The notes under the pieces are model-generated. The model saw only the letters and a list, made by a program, of their open reading frames with translations, was not told the DNA's origin and ran no database searches. A stretch of 63,925 bases of DNA, filler included, from Conidiobolus incongruus B7586 (lineage: Eukaryota): NCBI GenBank assembly GCA_000697335.1. It is 10 parts of 10 records of this genome, joined end to end, with 100 filler letters (N's around TTAATTAATTAA, not from the genome) between each part and the next. Parts side by side here need not be neighbours in the genome. Positions count along the whole stretch, not along the records: positions 37,977 to 41,710 come from JNEM01006652.1; positions 41,811 to 43,848 come from JNEM01006653.1; positions 43,949 to 45,701 come from JNEM01006654.1; positions 45,802 to 47,795 come from JNEM01006655.1; positions 47,896 to 50,580 come from JNEM01006656.1; positions 50,681 to 60,763 come from JNEM01006657.1; 4 more parts are not named here. One strand, 5' to 3'. This document shows positions 39,024-51,315 of the stretch, in pieces (positions within the stretch are counted from its first letter, which is position 1; the number at the start of each line of letters is the position of its first letter). A program made the position numbers and the translations under genes.

Positions 39024-39455
39024 TTATTGAAGGTTGACATTACCTCTCAAGTGGCTAATTTGAGTGCCATCGGCAGCTTTAGTAACAATGTTGATAACAT
39101 AGTCACCAGCAGGGACGATGGGAGGAATGGCTAAAGACTTAGTTAAGGTAGTGGGACCAGGTTGGAAAGGACATTTGCCAGAATCACAAAGATCCTTGGT
39201 AACTTGTCTAAGAACTTGTCCTTTGTATTCAGCAGTGTAAGTAACAGAACCACCAGCAACAGTAGAGGACAATTGGCCATTGACAGTGAGAGTAATGGTA
39301 TCACCACGCTTGGGAGCTTCGGGAGAGAGGACGACGCTGGAAACTTGGAGTAAATCGGAGGCAGATCCACAGTTGAAGACTTTGTCTTGGAAGATGGGAG
39401 AGCAGTTTTGGGCAATAGCAGCGGCAATAAAAGGGATAAAAGTTAAGAATTGCAT
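39024..39455 (-). CDS. NPC2: Secreted ML-domain (NPC2 / PG-PI transfer) lipid-binding protein
   Basis: Signal peptide; NCG..DLLQVSSVVLSP..P.RG..TLTV.G; DLCD..KCP..PG; IP..VP.G.Y motifs. Confidence 0.88.
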   Translation of the reverse strand: MQFLTFIPFIAAAIAQNCSPIFQDKVFNCGSASDLLQVSSVVLSPEAPKRGDTITLTVNGQLSSTVAGGSVTYTAEYKGQVLRQVTKDLCDSGKCPFQPGPTTLTKSLAIPPIVPAGDYVINIVTKAADGTQISHLRGNVNLQ

Positions 39456-41286
39456 TGTTGTATTAGTATTAATAAATTCAATATCAAATTGATGACTTTG
39501 GTAGATATGTTTTGATTTGCTTATATAATAGTTTTTGAATGGATATCTTTCACCAGAGGTTTGTTTAATGGATCAAACGATGAAACGATGAGTGGCTTAT
39601 AAATTACATTGCCTACTTCAAACTAAAAATTACACTCATTCATTCATTTGGTTGAATTCTATGTCAAATGTTCATCATGAACTTTTGCTGCATATAAAAC
39701 TATTCAAAAATATCACTTGATAATTAATTGCATTTTTGGCTGAATTTGATTTCATAAATTACACCAGATAAATTCAAATTAAACTGGCATTTATTTCATA
39801 TCAGGTATCATTAAACATTGATAAATTGATATTAAATTTTAAATTATTTAGCTTGAAATTTGTAAATTTTGTTAAAAAATATGTTTTTTAAATCAAACCA
39901 TAATTTGATAATTATTATTAGTTATGATTTCAATTTTTTAAATTAGCTTGATTTGAAAATAAACCTTGTGAAATTACTTTATTAATAAGAATATTTTCAA
40001 ATTATTTGTTTTTTGTCATTGATAATTATGGTAATATACAGTCCTATGATAGTATTATCATTGAATTATATTCCTCTCAAGAATAAGGTATAGTATAAAT
40101 GTTAGCCTTGAAGCGATTTCATATCCTATATATTATTTTTGTTTGAATGATATAATATTTTTCAATTAATCACAAAAATACACATTAATTTTCATTAATA
40201 ATTATCAAATTTCGCCGGTTTATTATTTCATTATCACTTTTATGAACAATATTTAAATTGTAATTAAATCATGACATGGTTTTTGTTGTCACTTGACAGA
40301 GTTTTACTAAACTTGTTCTATAATATATCCTAATATATTGACAATAAACATAAATTTAATATATTTAATTTTCTAAAGCTGGGTATTTTCTTTAGAAATA
40401 TTGTGACAGTATTAATAAAATCTTAAATACATAATTTTAGCTATACCTTAATATTTTTCAAATTGGTACTTTCTAATTTAATTTTGAAGCTATGCGTTAA
40501 TTTAAGCATTATATTGATAAATATAAAATTTCAAAGATTTCATTTCATATTATTAATATCCATTTATAATATTTCAATGAATTAAAATTAAAGTAAAAAA
40601 TTGTAAATCATTTTAAATTAATTCAATTAAAATATTATAATTGATGTTATATAGTTAATAAGTATATTATATAAATTAAAAAAATTATAGTTAGTTTTGC
40701 TTAGTAATTAAATGTAATATCATTGTTATCATAATCAATCAATTAATTCAATCAGCAAGTATAAAGATAATTTTGATATTTTTGTGTTATTATGGATTTT
40801 TATTGGAAGATCAAAGTATATAGTTAAGATTAACTTTAATACAAATTTCAAATTTGACTGTTCCCAGGATTTACTGGAATTTTGAACACACCTATCAATA
40901 TTTAATTAAGGCGTAGATAAACAATCACTAGAAGAACAGAACATTGGTGTAAATGCTGATTGAATAAAATTTGACTTTCACACTAATTTTACTTCTTTTT
41001 TAGTTGACTTGATTATATTTTATTCGAACTTTAAGTCTTGAATTCTTAATTTAATATAATTGTTTACTGAATGCTTAGATTTGAAATAAATGTATTGGAT
41101 TTAATGTTGCTATGATGAGTTTAATATAAAAATTCTATATTCAGCCTAATAAGCTTGTAATTAGTTTTTTAATTTTTATTTTTAATATAATAATTATCAA
41201 AGAATATGAATATTGAATTAATTTGATTAATCTTGATTAATAATAGCTTCCTTTACTAATAAAGCAATTATTAATAATGTTTTGTA

Positions 41287-41710
41287 TTACTTTGTAATTT
41301 AAATAATGGGAATTTTTTGCAATTGAAAAAAAATAAAGATTTTGATATATAAAAAGTAAAAATAATAATTTCTTTTATTTCTAATAATTTTTTGCTATAT
41401 TTTTAGTAAAGATCTAACACCAAAAAAATAGTTTTTTTATTAAAGACTGAAATTTGATGTTTTACAAACTAATTAAATTTTCCTGTAGAAATTTTCTTTC
41501 TTATAAGCTAGTTTTTTAATTGCCTAAAATAATTATAATTATATAGGTTATAATTTAAAGAATATACTAGATATAGTAGTTTTTCTAGTTATTTTTAATT
41601 AGAAAGTTTTTTACAACTTTAGATTTATATATTTTATAATTATTATGTAAAATAATAAGTTTTCTTAAATTATATTAAGAATACTAATTAGAAATACTTT
41701 TATTTAAAAA
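41287..41710 (-). mobile_element. Mariner 3' fragment (TIR + transposase C-terminus), truncated by gap
   Basis: Colinear with 48472-48890. Confidence 0.85.
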
Positions 41711-41810
41711 NNNNNNNNNNNNNNNNNNNNNNNNNNNNNNNNNNNNNNNNNNNNTTAATTAATTAANNNNNNNNNNNNNNNNNNNNNNNNNNNNNNNNNN
41801 NNNNNNNNNN

Positions 41811-42238
41811 AAAAAAATATATATAATAAATAAGAAAATAAATAGTTTTGAATTATATATATATATATATATATATAATTATTTTTTTGATTAAAAAAAT
41901 AATTATTTAAAATTAATTATTGAATTTAATTATACTTAAACCAAATAATAACCATCATTAGTTTTTTATTTTAATATTAGTAAAACTTAACCATAAACCC
42001 TTTAAATTCATTTAAAATTTACAAGCAACTTTTAATAACAAAATATTATCTAAATTAATAATTTATTGCTAGGTAAATTATTTTAAGGCTAAGAGAAAAA
42101 CTACCTAAAACCTATTAAAATCTAAAAGATTAATTTTAACTATTACTCTCTTAGTTTTTAATAAAGTGAAAAAATATATTAAAAAGTATCTTTTTATTTT
42201 AGCTAAAGAATTATCAAGACTTTTTAATATTAGTTATA
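41811..42238 (+). mobile_element. Mariner 5' fragment ending at the TA where a Tc1 copy begins
   Basis: Reverse complement of 49275-49690 (aaaatttacaagcaactttt; ttttaaggctaa.agagaaa). Confidence 0.85.
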
Positions 42239-43807
42239 CATTAACCTGTAAAAGTAAGTTATAAAATCAAAAACACTTATATTTTTACTAATAACTTAAT
42301 TAATATTTAATAAAATAAAACTAAATTAAATAATTAAAATCTATTATATTTGTTAATTATATATATCATTAAATGATAATATTTAGTTATTAATTAATTA
42401 AAATATAAACCTTTAAATTTTACCTAGGGTAAGTTATAAATTTGTAGGTTTTTGGTGATAAAAAAAATTAAAACCTAGTATATCTATCTTTAGCTTTCCT
42501 AACTTTTTTAAATTTGTGGGGTATAGAATCAACTAACTTCTTAAACTAAGAAAAGTTAATCTTGTTATATACCTCTTAAATATATTCCTAAAGTTGATCT
42601 AAATTTTTTGCTAGGGGAAAGCTTTAGTAGCTTTTTTTAATTAATCCCAAAGGTATTTAATTAGATTAAGGTTAAAAGATTAAAGAAGCTACTTTATAAC
42701 TATTATTTTGTTATTTTTAAGCTATTTGGTAATAAAAGTTGTAGTATAGCAAAAGGTATTATCTTACTGGAAAATATCATTAGATTTGTTTAACCTATAT
42801 TATTCAATGGTTTTTTTTCAATTTATTATTTATTATACTTTAGTATATTTTAATATTAATCCCCCCATTTACTTTACAAAGATACTTTATATCTAAAAAC
42901 AATATATATCCTTAAATAATAATTACCTATCATTGTACTTTTGGGTAAAATTAACATAATAGTCATAAAGTAATTTTATATCTTTTCTGAAATATCTATC
43001 TTTTTTATCAAATCTATTAAAATATATTTTTATTTCATCAAACTAAATAACTTTATTTTAATTAGTTTTAGCTCAATATTAATAGTGATATTTAAACTCC
43101 TACCTAACTTTACAATAGGATTTTTTTAGTTGGTGGTGTTTTTTCTTAAGGTGTAAGTGATATCTATACTAATATAAAGTATGTATAATAGTGTTAGTGT
43201 TAAATAATAAACCTATATAGTTTTATAATTCTTGTTGTATTTTTAAAAATAATATTATATTTACTTATACTAACTAACTTATAAATATACTTCTTATCAT
43301 ATTCATCTATAATTTTAATATATTTAAGTTTAAGTTTAAATGTTTTTTATTGCTATTCTTAATAACCTTAACTATAGTAGACTAGCCAACACTAGTAATT
43401 TTAGTAATATCATAAGTTGATTTATTTTCTTTATAAAGTTGATTAATATATAAGTGAATTTTTTTAAAGAGGGATTTAAGCATAATAATACTAATAAAAA
43501 GATTTAATATATCTATAAAATATTATATAAAATAATAGCAAAGAGAAAAACTAGATATAGTTATATATTGTTAAATATATCCCTTTATCTCAAAAACCCA
43601 TAGATTTATAACTTACTTTGGTTAAATATTAAAGGTTAATATTTTTGCTAATAATTAATTAAATATATTTAAATATATTTATTTATTATTAAATAATACA
43701 CCTTAATAATATATTATAGTGTTAAGTAATCTAATATATATAATTGTTTTAGTTATTAATTCAAATATATATATTTTTGTTTTATAACTTACTTTTATAG
43801 GTTAATA
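42239..43807 (-). mobile_element. Tc1-like (DD34E) DNA transposon, degenerate full-length copy 1
   Basis: TA-flanked TIRs derived from CACTGACCC.CAAAAGTGAGTCATAAAATCAAAA; ~1.57 kb; ATGCTTAAATCCCTC start on minus strand near 43483. Confidence 0.9.
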
Positions 43808-43958
43808 TATAATTTAATTTTAATTAAATAAAAAATTAATAAATAATANNNNNNNNNNNNNNNNNNNNNNNNNNNNNNNNNNNNNNNNNNNNTTAATTAA
43901 TTAANNNNNNNNNNNNNNNNNNNNNNNNNNNNNNNNNNNNNNNNNNNNTATTATTATA

Positions 43959-45530
43959 CACTAACCTACAACAGTAAGTCTTATAATCAAAAACACTTAT
44001 ATTTTTACTGATAACTTGATTAATATTTAATAAAATAAATTTAAATTAAATAATTAATATCTATTATATATATTAATAATATATATCATTATATGATGCT
44101 ATTTAACTAATAATTGGTTAAAATATAAACACTTAAATTTTACCTAAGGTAAATTATAAATTTGTAGGTTTTTGGTGATAAAAACAATTAAAACCTAGTA
44201 TATTTATCTTTAACTTTTCTAACTTTTTTAAATTTATGAGGTGTAGAATCAACTAACTTCTTACACTAAGAAAAGATAATCTTGTTCTATATTTCTTAAA
44301 CATATTCTTAAAGTTGATCTAAATCTTTTGCTAGGGGAAAGCTTTAATAGCTTTTTTTAACTAATCCTAAAGAAATTTAATTAGATTAAAGTTAAAAGAT
44401 AAAAGAAACTATTTTATAACTATTATCTTGTTATTTTTAAGCTATTTGGTAATAAAAGTTATAGTATAGCAAAAGATATTATCTTACTGGAAAATATCAT
44501 TAGATTTGTTTAAACCATACTATTCAATAGTTTTTTTGAATTCATTGTTTAGAATACTTTAATATATTTCAGTATTAATTCCCTTATTAATTTTATAAAG
44601 ATAATTTATATTTAAAGACAATATATATCACCAAATAATAATTAACCTATTATTGTACTTTTAGGTAAAATTAACATGATGGTTATAAAGTAATTCTGTA
44701 TCTTTTCTAAAGTATCTAACTTTTCTATCAGATTCACTAAAGTATATTTTTATTTCATTAAACTAAATTACCTTACTCTAATTAATTTAAGTTTAATATT
44801 AGTAGTGACATTTAAACTCCCACCTAGTTTTATGATAGGATTTCTTTAGTTGGGAGTGTTTTTTCTTGAAGTGTAAGTGGTATCTATGTTAATATAAAAC
44901 ACATATAATAGTATTAGTGTTAACTAATATTCCTATATAGTTTTATAGTTCCTGCTATATTTCTATAATAGTATTATATTTGCTTATACTAACTAACCTA
45001 CAAATATACTTCTTATCATATTCATCTATAATTTTAACATACCTAAGTTTAAGTTTAAATATGTTTTTATTGCTATTCTTAATAACTTAAACTATAATAA
45101 ACTAGCTAACACTAGTAATTCTAGCAATATCACAAGTTGATTTACTTTTTTTATAATGTTAATTAATACACAAAAAGATTTTTTTAGAGAGGGATTTAAG
45201 CATAGTGATACTAATAAAAATAATTTAGTATATCTATAAAATATTATATAAAATAATAGCAAAGAGAGAAAAAAGATATGGTTATATATTATTAAATATA
45301 TCCCCTTATCTTAAAAACCAGCAAATTTATAATTTACCTTAGTTAAATATTAAGGGTTAATATTTTGCTAATAGTTTACTAAATATATCTAAATATATTT
45401 ATTTATAATCAAATAATATACTTAAATTATATATTATAATTTCAAGTAAGTTAATATATACAATTGTTTTAGTTATTAATTAAAATATATATATATATTT
45501 GATTTTATAACTCACTTTTACAGGTTAATA
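43959..45530 (-). mobile_element. Tc1-like transposon, degenerate full-length copy 2
   Basis: Colinear with copy 1, both TIRs and TA flanks present; differences are mostly transitions. Confidence 0.9.
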
Positions 45531-46179
45531 TATAATTAATATAGGTACTATTAGATAATATAAAAAAATTAAATAATATAATTTTAATTTAATATAATAT
45601 ATATTGAAATATTTATTATCTTACAAAATTAAGTCATAAAATTAAAAATATAAATATTTTTATTAATATCTTAATAAATTCTAATTTATTTAAACTTTTA
45701 TNNNNNNNNNNNNNNNNNNNNNNNNNNNNNNNNNNNNNNNNNNNNTTAATTAATTAANNNNNNNNNNNNNNNNNNNNNNNNNNNNNNNNNNNNNNNNNNN
45801 NTACAATAAACTTATTGATAATACTAACTTAATAATTATATTATTATAATCTTTTTATGAATTTGGAAATATCAATTAAATCTTTAAAAATTCAATATTA
45901 TAAATAAAATTCAATAAAATAATTATAAAGTATTTGGATATTAGTTTATACAATAGATTAAATATTTATTTAGGATAATTTATATAGTTTTGGATTATTA
46001 TTTTATTTTTATCTGATGTATTTTTTTTAAATTTTATCTTATTTTATTTTTTTTAATATTATTAATAAATTAATGATTTCTAATTTATAATTATAAATTC
46101 TATATATTTAGTGATTATTTTTTCATAAATCCTTATTTATTGAAATATAAATAAAAATATTGTATATAGTTTATTAATA

Positions 46180-47746
46180 CACTAACTTGCAAAAATGAGT
46201 TATAAAATCAAAAATATATATATATTAATTAATAACTAAAACAATTATATATATTAGATTACTAGAAATTATAATATATAATTAAGGTATATTATATAAT
46301 AATAAATAAATATATTTAGATATATTTAGTAAACTATTAGCAAAATATTAACCCTTAATATTTAACCAAGGTGAGTTATAAATTTGCAAGTTTTTGAGAT
46401 AAGGGGATATATTTAATAATATATAACCATATCTTTTTTCTCTCTTTGCTATTATTTTATATTATATTTTATAGATATACTAAATTTTTTTTATTAGTAT
46501 CATTATATTTAAATCCCTCTTTAAAAAATCCACTTGTATATTAATTAACTTTATAAAAAAAATAAATCAACTTATGATATTGCTAGAATTACTAGTGTTA
46601 GCTAGTTTATTATAGTTAAAGTTGTTAACAATAACAATAAAGAAATATTTAAACTTAAATTTAAGTATGCTAAAATTATAAATAAACATAATGAGTAGTA
46701 TATTTGTAGGTTGGTTAATATAGGCAAATGTGGTACTACTGTAGAAATATAGCAGGAACTATAAAACTATACAAGAATATTAGTTAACACTAATACTATT
46801 ATACATACTTTATATTAACATAGATATTACTCACACCTTAAGAAAAAACACCCCCAATTAAAGAAATCCTATTATAAAATTAAGTGGGAGTTTAAATGTC
46901 ACCACTAATATTAAAATAAAACTAATTAGAATAAGGTTATTAAGTTTAATGAAACAAAAATATACTTTAGTAAATCTAATAGAAAAACTAGATGCTTTAG
47001 AAAAGATACACAACTACTTTATAACCTTTATATTAATTTTACCCAAAAGTACAATAATAGGTTAATTATTGTTTGGGGATATATGTTATCTTTAAGTGTA
47101 AAATATCTTTATAAATTAATAGGGGAATTAATGCTAAAATGTACTAAAATATTCTAAACAATAAATTGAAAAAAACTATTGAATAGTATAAGTTAAATAA
47201 ATCTGATATTATTTTCTAGCAAGATAATACCTCTTGCTATATTATAACTTCTACTACTAAATTGCTTAAAAAAAACAAGATAATAGTTATAAAGTAGCCT
47301 CCTCAATCTTTTAACTTTAATCTAATTAAAATCTTTAAAATTAATTAAAAAAGCTATTAAAGTTTTCTACAAGCAAAAGATTTAGATCAACTTTAAAAAT
47401 ATGTTTAAGAAGTATAGAACAAGAATAACCTTTCTTAGCATAAGAAGTTAGTTGATTTTATACCCCACAAACTTAAAGAAGTTAGAAAAGCTAAAGATAA
47501 ATACACTAGGTTTTAAATTTTTTTTATCACCAAAAACTAACAAATTTATAACTCACCCTAGGTAAAATATAAAGGTTTATATTTTAATCAATTACTAGCT
47601 AAATAACATCATTTAATGATATATATAATTAATAAATATAATAGATTTTAATTATTAAATTTAGATTTATTTTATTAAATATTAATCAAGTTATTAGTAA
47701 AAATATATATGTTTTTGATTTTATAACTTATTTTTGTGGGTTAATG
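46180..47746 (+). mobile_element. Tc1-like transposon, degenerate full-length copy 3
   Basis: TIRs and TA flanks; relic (D)ETK (~46950), F*QDNTSCY for FQQDNASCH (~47215), *PPQS..NL for WPPQSPDLNP (~47295). Confidence 0.9.
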
Positions 47747-48471
47747 TATAAATATTATTAATATTAATTAAATATTAAAAATTAAATAATACTTTNNNNN
47801 NNNNNNNNNNNNNNNNNNNNNNNNNNNNNNNNNNNNNNNTTAATTAATTAANNNNNNNNNNNNNNNNNNNNNNNNNNNNNNNNNNNNNNNNNNNNTAAAA
47901 TTATAAAATAATTCATTTTGGATATAATATTCAATATAAATCATATTTTTTAATTTCTACATAATTTTTATTATAATTATAATCAAAAATCAAAAATAAA
48001 ATGATTATTTAATAGTTTAAATAATAATGAAAAATATATTTAGAAATGATTTTATGTAATATACTTAAATATATTTATTGTATTATATTTTATATATATT
48101 GGAATTTATTTAGTTTTTATTTTGATATAGTCTATTATTTAAAATATTTAATATTTTGAAAAATCAATCACTTTATAACTATATTATAATAATATTTTTC
48201 AATAAATTAAAAAATTTTTATAAAAATTATATTTATTATATAATTAAATTATTTGATTTTATTTATAATAATTATTTAAATAATTGATAATTATTTATAA
48301 ATCAATATATAATAGTTTTTATTAATCAAAAAATAAATTTTTATGATTATAATATATTTATAAAATTCTTGATATTTTACAAATAAATTTATTTATTAGA
48401 TAATATAGATAATTTATTAAAATTCATTTATGTCTATTGTATAGAAAATCTTTTATAATGATTTTATAATA

Positions 48472-49763
48472 TTACTCTGTATTTTTAATAATGGGAATTT
48501 TTTGCAATTGAAAATAAATAAATATTTTAATATTAAATATAGATTTAATAGTATCCTTCATTATTAACAACTTTTTGCTATACTTTTAGCAAAGATCTAA
48601 CACTTAAAAAACAGTTCTTTTTATTAAAGACTGAAATTTAATATTTCACAAACTAATTAAATTTTCTTGCAAAAATATTTCTTTTTGCAAGCTGGTTTTT
48701 TAATTGCCTAAAGCAATTATAATCATATAGGTTATAATCTAGGGAATATACTAGATATGGTAGTTCTTTCCAATTATTTTTAATTAGAAAGTTTTTTAAA
48801 GCTTTAGATTTTTGAATTTTGCAAATAATATGCAAAATAATAGATTTTCTCAAATTATATTGAGAACAACAATTAGAAATACTTTTATTAAAAAAAACTA
48901 TATAAAGTTTACTATTAATTGATTTTCCTTCAGGAACTAAATAAAAATAGAATATACCATTATAATCTATTGTAATAATTAACATTTGTTTATTAACAAA
49001 ATATTTATTTAAATGGTTTTGTGAAGGGGGTTGATTTAGCTTAATCCAGCATCTTGATTTGTGTTTTAGTAAAGGATTATATATAGGGATCTAAGATTCA
49101 TCAATTGTAATTATTTATTGTAAAAGTTTAGGCTTCTAGTAATATTTTAGTAAGTTTTGTTTAGCAATAACTACTCTAGCTTTTTTCTAAGCTTTAGTTA
49201 AATTATTAACAACCCATTTTATATTTTTATTTTTTAATTTGAGTTTAAACTTTAATATATAAAAATTACTAGTAAAACTAATATTAAAGTATTTAGATAA
49301 TTCTCTAGCTGAAATAAAAGGGTGCTTTTCAATATATATTTTCACTCTATTAACAATTGAAAGAGTAACAGTTAAAGTTAGTCTTTTAGATTTTAGCAGG
49401 TTTTAGATAGTTTCTCTTTTAGCCTTAAAATGATTTACATAGTGACAAATTGTTGATTTAGAAAATGCTTCATTATCAAAAGTTGCTTGTAAATTTTAAA
49501 TAATTTTAGAGGGCTTATGGTTAAGTTTTACTAACACTAAAATAAAAGACTTTTGATGATTATTATTTAGTTTAAGCATAATTAAATTAAACAGCCAATT
49601 TAAAAAGTTAATTTTTTAATCAAAAAAATTATTATATATATATATATATATTAAAAATATATAATTTCCTATTAAATTTGTATATATCTATTTATTTCAA
49701 ACTAATAATATATTTGAAAAATCAGAAATTAAAAAATTTGCCATTTTTTCAAATTCAAGGTAA
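48472..49763 (-). mobile_element. Full-length degenerate mariner (DD34D-type) transposon, ~1.29 kb
   Basis: Imperfect ~30-bp TIRs (TTACyyTG.ATTT.AA.AATGG.AA.TTTTT) with TA flanks; ATG ~49579. Relic HTH (FSKSTI..Y..HFK), KWV.NNL (WVPHEL), ITIDES* (TGDEKW), WKELPYLVYSLDYNLYDYNCFRQLK (W.VLPHPPYSPDLAP.DY.LF). Confidence 0.9.
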
Positions 49764-51315
49764 TATTATTGATAATCTTATAAATAATTTATAATTAATA
49801 TATATATTTATTTTTTTGTTTCAAATATATTTATATTATGATATTATTTTTTATCAAATTTGAAAATATAAATTTATTAAGTTGGTCTATAGATATAGTG
49901 ATTTTAATGAATTAAATATTATAATATTTTTATTTTGATATGATTAATTATAATAATTCAAATTTTATTATATTTTAATAATAAAAATCTCAATAATATA
50001 AACTTATATTAATATTTCGCTAAAGAAAAATTATATAATATGTTATTTTTTATTTGTTTTTGAAATTACTTAAAAATGTTAAGAGAATAAATCAATCATT
50101 ATATTCAAAAAATATAATGATAATTAATATAGTGTTTTACATCATTTATTATACAAAAACAAAAAATAAATATTTCCAATTTTGCATTTAACTTTTTAAA
50201 TCAAATTTTGATAAAAATTTGATCGAGAGAAAATTGTTAAGATTGACGTTATATTGAAATATATATATTAGTTTAACAAATATATGTAGTAAGAATATAA
50301 TATAAGTTTTATTTTGTTAATTCTATAATGCTAGTTCATTTTATTACCCTGAAACTTAAAGAATTATAAATATTTAAATTAATTTTACTTTATTCCATTT
50401 TTATTATCCGGTATCAGATTTATAATTACCTATATTAAATATTTTGATTATTAAATATATATTAATAATAAATTATAATAAAGAAATATTATATTATGTT
50501 AAATAAAAACCATATATATTTAAAAACCAATTGACAAATTATATTTGTTAAAACATTCTAAATTTGGTAAAAATTAATTANNNNNNNNNNNNNNNNNNNN
50601 NNNNNNNNNNNNNNNNNNNNNNNNTTAATTAATTAANNNNNNNNNNNNNNNNNNNNNNNNNNNNNNNNNNNNNNNNNNNNAAATATTTGTTTATATTATA
50701 TAAATCAAGTATATTAGTTAATTATAAAAAATAAATCTATAAATAAATTCTTTATATTCTGAATTATTAAAAAATTAAACCTTTTATTATTTAAATATTT
50801 ATTTTGTTTACTCTGAAAATAATTAAAATTAAGATTATATTTTCTATATTAAACTTCAAAATAAAATTAAATATTCAATATCTAATTTGTATTTAATATT
50901 TAATAAAATAAAATAATCAATAAAAAATAATTTTAATCAATTTTTATATTATATTAAATTTCAAAATTCAAACAAATTTACATCTAATTTAATGATTGAT
51001 AATTAAAATATTATATATCTTAAGTGATTTATATAATTTTATATTAACTTTTTTAATATTCATTTTATTATTTTATATTTAACTTGAATGATTAATAATT
51101 AATTTCAAAATCATTATAACAATTAAAATTATTAAGTTAATTTAAATCTCTTGTGATATTAATATAAAAAACTCAAATTATTCTTGTTAAACAATATAAA
51201 ACATTATTTTTTATATTTGTTATAATATTAATAAATATTTTAAACCTAAAGATTTAAAATATAATATGAATATTTAATACCTAATAAGCAAATTTCATTT
51301 TATATTATGAATATA

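Noticed and set aside
48653..48985. 110-aa ORF (and 62061-62285) as functional genes
   Set aside because: Stop-free remnants of hypermutated mariner and Tc1 transposases.
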